Assembly (NCBI GenBank): GCA_965242925.1
Contig: CBDEUM010000021.1
Span: 1-11,879 of the forward strand
Source of the DNA: Roseibacillus sp.
GTDB taxonomy: Bacteria; Verrucomicrobiota; Verrucomicrobiia; Verrucomicrobiales; Akkermansiaceae
Direction of reading: 5' to 3'
Length of the DNA: 11,879 bases
Part shown: in pieces, positions 6,835 to 11,879 of the stretch
Layout of the letters: each line of letters starts with the position of its first letter
Numbering within the stretch: the stretch's first letter is position 1
Made by a program: the position numbers and the translations under genes
Notes under the pieces: model-generated
Seen by the model: the letters and a program-made list of their open reading frames with translations, nothing else
Database searches by the model: none
Told to the model about the DNA's origin: nothing

Positions 6835-8294
6835 AGGAGAGTAACCGACAGAGTGAGAGTCCTGCCCTGGAAGGAGCAGCGCCAGCCGGGGACTCCCTTT
6901 TCATGGGTCGGCGCTCCTTCCTGCAGACCTCAGGGCATGGGTTCGGGGCCCTGGCCCTTGGATCACTCCTGTTCGACGAGGAGGGCAAGGCCGCCACGGT
7001 GGTGCCGGAAAATCCCAGGGTCAGGCGGGTGATCTCTCTCTTCATGTCGGGAGGGCCCTCGCAGATGGATCTCCTGGACCCCAAGCCGGGACTGGAGAAG
7101 GAGCGGGGAAAGGAATTGCCGGAGTCGATCCGGGGAGAGCAGAGGATCACGACCATGACCTCCGTGCAAAAGACCCTGCCGGTGCTGCCCAGTCCCTTCA
7201 AGTTCGGTCAGCATGGGCAGTGTGGCATGGAGTTGAGTGAGTTGCTTCCCCACTGGGGAGAGGTGGCGGATGACCTGTGTGTGGTCCGGTCGATGCAGAC
7301 CGAGGCCATCAACCACGACCCGGCGATCACCTTTTTCCAGACCGGGTTCCAGCTTGCGGGACGGCCGAGTATCGGGTCCTGGGTGTCGTATGGACTCGGC
7401 GCGCTCAACAAGGACCTTCCGGCCTATGTGGTCATGACCTCCCGTTCCACCGCCGGGGGGGCGCAGCCGCTCTACAGCCGGTTATGGGATTCAGGGTTCC
7501 TGCCAGCCGAGCACTCGGGGGTGAAGCTGCGCAACACCGGGGACCCGGTGTATTTCCTGAAGAATCCCCCGGGAATCGATCGTGGGATCCGTCGTGACAT
7601 CCTGGATGACGTGGGAGCACTGAACCGGAGGCGTCACGCTGCGGTGGGCGACCCCGCCATCGAGTCGCGCATCGCCCAGTATGAGATGGCCTTCCGGATG
7701 CAGGCCAGTGTCCCCGAATTGGCGGATATTTCAAAGGAACCAGAACACGTGCTGAAGCTTTATGGACCCAATGTCGGCAAGCAGGGCAGCTTTGCCCGCA
7801 ATTGTCTGGTGGCCCGGCGCCTGGCGGAGAGGGACGTGCGCTTCATCCAGCTCTTCCACATGGGTTGGGATCAGCATGACAAGCTGAAGGAAACCCTGTC
7901 CCGTCAGTGCCGCGATACTGAGCAACCGGTGGCTGGATTGATCCAGGACCTCAAGCAGCGGGGCCTATTGAAGGATACCCTGGTGGTGTGGGGTGGAGAA
8001 TTCGGGCGCACCACCTATGCCCAGAAACCCGGAGACAAGGCGGGCCGGGATCATCACCCGGGGTGCTTTACCCAGATGCTGGCAGGGGCCGGGATCAAGG
8101 ACGGGCATGTGCATGGGGAGACCGATGATTACTGTTACAATGTGACTCGTGATCCTGTTCACGTGCATGACCTCAACGCCACCCTGATGCACTTGCTGGG
8201 GGTCGATCACGAGAAGCTGACCTTCAGGTTCCAGGGGCGCGACTACCGGTTGACTGATGTGCACGGCAAGGTGGTTAAGAAAATCCTCAGTTGA
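6831..8294 (+). CDS. DUF1501 domain protein (alkaline phosphatase/sulfatase-like fold), Tat-exported
   Basis: ATGA overlap with the upstream stop; alternative start ATG 6903. Twin-arginine motif GRRSFLQ (RR 6909-6914). Family motifs VISLFMSGGPSQMDLLDPKP, NHDPA, RPSIGSWVSYGLG, YEMAFRMQ, GWDQH, TLVVWGGEFGRT, GRDHHP, RLTDVHG. Confidence 0.96.
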   Translation: MKESNRQSESPALEGAAPAGDSLFMGRRSFLQTSGHGFGALALGSLLFDEEGKAATVVPENPRVRRVISLFMSGGPSQMDLLDPKPGLEKERGKELPESIRGEQRITTMTSVQKTLPVLPSPFKFGQHGQCGMELSELLPHWGEVADDLCVVRSMQTEAINHDPAITFFQTGFQLAGRPSIGSWVSYGLGALNKDLPAYVVMTSRSTAGGAQPLYSRLWDSGFLPAEHSGVKLRNTGDPVYFLKNPPGIDRGIRRDILDDVGALNRRRHAAVGDPAIESRIAQYEMAFRMQASVPELADISKEPEHVLKLYGPNVGKQGSFARNCLVARRLAERDVRFIQLFHMGWDQHDKLKETLSRQCRDTEQPVAGLIQDLKQRGLLKDTLVVWGGEFGRTTYAQKPGDKAGRDHHPGCFTQMLAGAGIKDGHVHGETDDYCYNVTRDPVHVHDLNATLMHLLGVDHEKLTFRFQGRDYRLTDVHGKVVKKILS

Positions 8295-8302
8295 TACGCT
8301 CA

Positions 8303-11300
8303 ATGTTAAAAACGATCACTCTTCTTCTTTTCGCAGTTCTCCTCCAGGTGGCCCAGGCCGGGCTGAACCTGAAACAAGGGGACAGGATCCTGCTCTACGG
8401 GAACTCCTTCATTGAGCGCCTGCAGGCACACGGCCTGTTCGAGGCCAACCTCCAACTGGCACACCCGGGGAAGAAGCTTGAGTTCCGCAGCCTGGCATGG
8501 ACCGGGGATGAGGTTGGTTATCGACTGAGGCCGGAGCGTTACGTCAACCACCTCAAGAAACTGCTCGATCGGTGGCCGGCCAAGACAGTGATCCTGGGAT
8601 TTGGATTGAATGAATCGTTTGCCGGTCCGGAAGGGGTCAGTGCCTTTGTCAGTGACGTGGAAGGTTATCTGCGGGAAATGCGGCGCCGTCACCCCGGTGT
8701 GACCATCGTTATCCTCTCACCGATTGCGACCGAGGACCTCGGGCATCCTCATTATCCGGCAGCGGATAAGAGAAATACGGAAATCCGGTCCTACGTGGAG
8801 GCCATGCGGGAGTTGGCCCAGCTCCAGGAAGTTCATTTCGTGGACCTGTTTGGCCCCAGTCTGGCCGCCTACGGGAAAGAGGAGCAGCCTCTTACCTCCA
8901 ATGGGATTCATCTTAACGACCTGGGCCATCGGATCATTGCCAGACACCTGGCCCGGGAGCTTCTCGGATCCGGGGTGTTTGCGGGGGTGGACCAGGCGCG
9001 CGCCGGTGTGGTGGCGGAGGCCGTGCGACGCAAGGCGGGCCACGTGGCTACCGTGGTACGTCCCGTGAACACGGTCCTGTATTTCGGGGTGCGGGGACGA
9101 GCTCACGAATACGATGCCGAGATTCCCCGCTATCATGAGTTGATTGCCCGTTCTGATGCGCGCATCCATGCCATGCTGCAGGATGCCTCCGTTGGACACG
9201 ATCCCCAGCCCCTGACTCTTCCCCCGCTGGTCAAGAATGCCCGCGCAGACCTGCCCTCACCGGAGGAGATGCTCAAGAGTTTCCGGGTCGCGGAGGACTA
9301 CGAGGTCAACCTGTTTGCATCGGAGCAGGAATTCCCCGAATTGCGGAATCCCGAGCAGATTGCCTTTGATGCCCGGGGGCGCCTCTGGGTGGTCACCATG
9401 CCGTCCTTTCCAGGGACCATTCCGGGCGATGTTCCTCATGATAAGATCATCATCCTGGAGGACACCGACCGCGATGGGCGGGCGGACAAGTCCACCGTCT
9501 TTGCCGACCACCTGACCGTTCCCGATGGCCTGGCCTTTCATGAGGACGGGGTGATTGTTTCCCATCAACCGCGGCTGGTCTTCATGAGGGATACCAACGG
9601 TGACGGGAAGGCGGACGAGAAGAAGGAAATCCTACGTGGAATCGATGTCACCGATGCTCATCACGGAGGAATGATTGCGATGGGGCCGATGGGGCACGTG
9701 ATGTTCTGCGACGGGGTCTTTCATCGCTCCCAGCTGGAAACCCCGCACGGAGTGACCCGGGGGGTCGATGCCACCACTTACCGGTTAGACCTGCGCAGGG
9801 GGACCGTTGAGCGGGAATACCAGACCCTGACGCCCAATCCATGGAAGATCACCTGGGATCGCTGGGGGAATCTCTTCCAGATGTACGGCGACGGGTTCGT
9901 GCAGGACAGCCATGCCGTCCCGTGGACTCCCTTCGGGGTGTATCATCCGTTCCGGCGGGCCATCACCATCGCCTACGGCAAGGGGTCTGCTGCCTGTGTG
10001 ATTTCCAGTCCGAATTTTCCCGAGGAGTACCAGCAGGGGATGGCCTCGGCGGTGTTATTGAGGAAGTGCTTCGTTTCCATTTCACGGCACAAGGCCGAGG
10101 GGGCCTACTACAAGGCCAGTGGGCGCCTCGATGTCCTCTCCTCGCCCAGCCAGTTATTCCGGCCGGTGGATATTGCCTTCGGCTTTGACGGGGGGATGTA
10201 CATCTCGGATTTCTGCACCCGGATCATCGGGCATGCCCAGAACTCGATGCGGGATCCTCGCTGGGATCCCCACACGGGACGGATCTGGCGGGTGACCTAC
10301 AAGAAGAAGCCTGTTGTGAGGGACTGGCCACGGATCGAGGGTGCGAATACGGGGGAACTCCTTGCCCTGCTCAAGCATCCGCAGGACCTCGTCCGGGACC
10401 ATGCGAGGCGGAAACTGCGCCATACCCCGGGAGTGGTGAAGGCCTTGGACTCGTGGTTGCAAGGCCAGGAGAAGGATGAGGCGATCCTGGAGGGTCTCTG
10501 GATCCTGCACGACCTGGGGGAGGTCCGGCAAAGCCTGCTGGAGAAGCTGATGAAGTCTCCCGATCACCGGATCCGGGCGGCGGCCACCCACCTGATACGT
10601 TTCCAGGCAGCTCAGCTGAAGAGTCCCCTTGCGTTGCTGCGGAGAATGACCCGGGATCCCCATCCGCGGGTGCGCACGGAGGTGATTCATGTCGTGTCTC
10701 ACCTGCAGCAGGGAGACCAGGCCTATGCCGCACTCCTTGGTCAGATTGATGTTTCCGGCAACAAGGACCTCCAGACCATCCTGGGGGATGCCAGTTACGG
10801 TGTGAGTTCGGGCATGGGGCCTGAGATTCCTGTCCTGCAGAAGCCTGAAGAAGGAAAACTACCGCATTGGCTCCTCAAGGAGGACGGGAAGGAGGAGCGT
10901 TTCTTTACCTTTGGGGGCAAGGCAGGATCCTTCGGGGCCATGCGCACCTTTGTGCGCTCCCCGGAAAAGAGAAAGGCGGTGCTCTCGATCAGGCACAGTT
11001 ATGTGAAGGTGTTCCTGAACGGAACCCCGGTTATCTCCTCGGCCAACTGGTGGAGTTCCGACTGGAACGTCCAGGTCGAACTGCAGGAGGGAATCAACCA
11101 GATCGAGGCCCGCTACGTGAAGGGGCGGGGGGCACGGGGATATGCGCCCGTCTATCTGTATGATCCCCTCGGGGCCCGGTTGGAGGGACTCGTCACGGCT
11201 GGGACGGAAGCGGAACTCCGGACGATGGCGACCGAACATGACCGGCACCACGGACTGAAAGATTCAGTCATCAGGATCAGCGCGGTCCCGAACCAACTCG

Positions 11301-11635
11301 CATTTTTCCCGAGGGAGTTTCGCCTCAAGGCGGGGAGTAAAGTGCGGATCTCTTTCCAGAATCCGGATCTCCAGATTCACAACCTGGTGATCGTCAGACC
11401 GGGGGCGGAAGAGGAGATCGGATCGCTCGCTGACCAGATGGCCCAGGATCCCGATGCGATGAAGAAGGCGTTTGTTCCGGATTCCGATAAGGTGATCTGG
11501 GCCACCCCCCTGGTGAATGGGAAGGGACAGGTGGAAAAAGAGTTCATCGCTCCGGAGCAACCGGGTCGCTACCCGTTCCTGTGCACCTTCCCGGGACACT
11601 GGAGAGTGATGAAGGGTGTGCTGATCGTGGAGTAA
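8303..11635 (+). CDS. Exported multidomain protein: SGNH/GDSL-like domain + PVC-type membrane-bound-dehydrogenase-like beta-propeller + HEAT repeats + beta-sandwich + azurin/auracyanin-like type-1 copper domain (~1110 aa)
   Basis: Probable start ATG 8303 (MLKTITLLLFAVLLQVAQA|G); the track uses TTG 8291. SGNH-like motifs YGNSF, GLNES, NGIH. Propeller motifs SPEEMLKSF...FASE...NPEQIAFDARGRLWV, LEDTDRDGRAD, DTNGDGKAD, FRPVDIAFGFDGGMYISD, GRIWRV. HEAT-like repeats DHRIRAAA, DPHPRVRTE. Cupredoxin ligands HNLV (His 11378-11380) and CTFPGHWRVM (11582-11611). Confidence 0.92.
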   Translation: MLKTITLLLFAVLLQVAQAGLNLKQGDRILLYGNSFIERLQAHGLFEANLQLAHPGKKLEFRSLAWTGDEVGYRLRPERYVNHLKKLLDRWPAKTVILGFGLNESFAGPEGVSAFVSDVEGYLREMRRRHPGVTIVILSPIATEDLGHPHYPAADKRNTEIRSYVEAMRELAQLQEVHFVDLFGPSLAAYGKEEQPLTSNGIHLNDLGHRIIARHLARELLGSGVFAGVDQARAGVVAEAVRRKAGHVATVVRPVNTVLYFGVRGRAHEYDAEIPRYHELIARSDARIHAMLQDASVGHDPQPLTLPPLVKNARADLPSPEEMLKSFRVAEDYEVNLFASEQEFPELRNPEQIAFDARGRLWVVTMPSFPGTIPGDVPHDKIIILEDTDRDGRADKSTVFADHLTVPDGLAFHEDGVIVSHQPRLVFMRDTNGDGKADEKKEILRGIDVTDAHHGGMIAMGPMGHVMFCDGVFHRSQLETPHGVTRGVDATTYRLDLRRGTVEREYQTLTPNPWKITWDRWGNLFQMYGDGFVQDSHAVPWTPFGVYHPFRRAITIAYGKGSAACVISSPNFPEEYQQGMASAVLLRKCFVSISRHKAEGAYYKASGRLDVLSSPSQLFRPVDIAFGFDGGMYISDFCTRIIGHAQNSMRDPRWDPHTGRIWRVTYKKKPVVRDWPRIEGANTGELLALLKHPQDLVRDHARRKLRHTPGVVKALDSWLQGQEKDEAILEGLWILHDLGEVRQSLLEKLMKSPDHRIRAAATHLIRFQAAQLKSPLALLRRMTRDPHPRVRTEVIHVVSHLQQGDQAYAALLGQIDVSGNKDLQTILGDASYGVSSGMGPEIPVLQKPEEGKLPHWLLKEDGKEERFFTFGGKAGSFGAMRTFVRSPEKRKAVLSIRHSYVKVFLNGTPVISSANWWSSDWNVQVELQEGINQIEARYVKGRGARGYAPVYLYDPLGARLEGLVTAGTEAELRTMATEHDRHHGLKDSVIRISAVPNQLAFFPREFRLKAGSKVRISFQNPDLQIHNLVIVRPGAEEEIGSLADQMAQDPDAMKKAFVPDSDKVIWATPLVNGKGQVEKEFIAPEQPGRYPFLCTFPGHWRVMKGVLIVE

Positions 11636-11703
11636 GCGATGGGCCTGATAGGCCGGGCCTGCCCGAATCCGGAGATCAAGCGGCAGTGACCGTGTTTCCT
11701 GTG

Positions 11704-11877
11704 TTACAGGGTGGAGATTGCAATCCTGACAAACCGACGGGGTATGCGAAGGAGGGGTAGATCGTCAGAGATCGTGACAGTCTGCGTGCCGTCACCATTA
11801 TCGAGCACGTTTTCCACGGTCTGGACCTCGGTCCAGGTATGAAGATCAGAGCTCATCTCCACAGTGTAGCTGATGTC
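11704..11877 (-). CDS. 3' end of an exported/surface protein ending in a Verrucomicrobia-type C-terminal beta-domain (5'-truncated by the window edge; absent from the ORF track)
   Basis: The minus strand is open from the edge: DISYTVEMSSDLHTWTEVQTVENVLDNGDGTQTVTISDDLPLLRIPRRFVRIAISTL, stop TAA at 11704-11706. The pattern YxVExSxDLxxW...DNGDGT...RFxR recurs at the C-termini of verrucomicrobial secreted proteins. Confidence 0.75.
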   Translation of the reverse strand, partial: DISYTVEMSSDLHTWTEVQTVENVLDNGDGTQTVTISDDLPLLRIPRRFVRIAISTL

Positions 11878-11879
11878 CG

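Noticed and set aside
11642..11665. Small GC hairpins between the convergent genes
   Set aside because: Stems are only 5 bp with no U-tract, so they cannot be supported as intrinsic terminators.
1..11879. CRISPR arrays, IS elements, rRNA/tRNA genes, defence systems
   Set aside because: No spaced direct repeats, terminal inverted repeats, transposase/integrase/nuclease motifs or RNA gene signatures seen; all intergenic gaps are under 140 bp.

Overview
A GC-rich, gene-dense bacterial window whose gene content is typical of the PVC superphylum, most likely Verrucomicrobiota (inferred from gene families and motifs only). In order: (1) the 3' end of a glucose/sorbosone (PQQ-dependent sugar) dehydrogenase-type beta-propeller gene; (2) a secreted FSH1-like serine hydrolase split by one extra base at 742/743; (3) a minus-strand pair, an exported FG-GAP/PL11-like beta-propeller (split near 3968-3983) followed 4 nt later by an AmpG-like MFS transporter; (4) a plus-strand three-gene operon: PSCyt1-DUF1549-DUF1553 cytochrome c protein, Tat-exported DUF1501 protein, and a ~1110-aa SGNH + beta-propeller + HEAT + beta-sandwich + type-1 copper protein lacking any CxxCH motif; (5) the 3' end of a convergent gene, missing from the ORF track, ending in a Verrucomicrobia-type C-terminal beta-domain. 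I found no RNA genes, CRISPR arrays or mobile elements. The frameshifts lie in short homopolymers and may be sequencing errors. All family calls come from motif recognition by eye, not from database searches.
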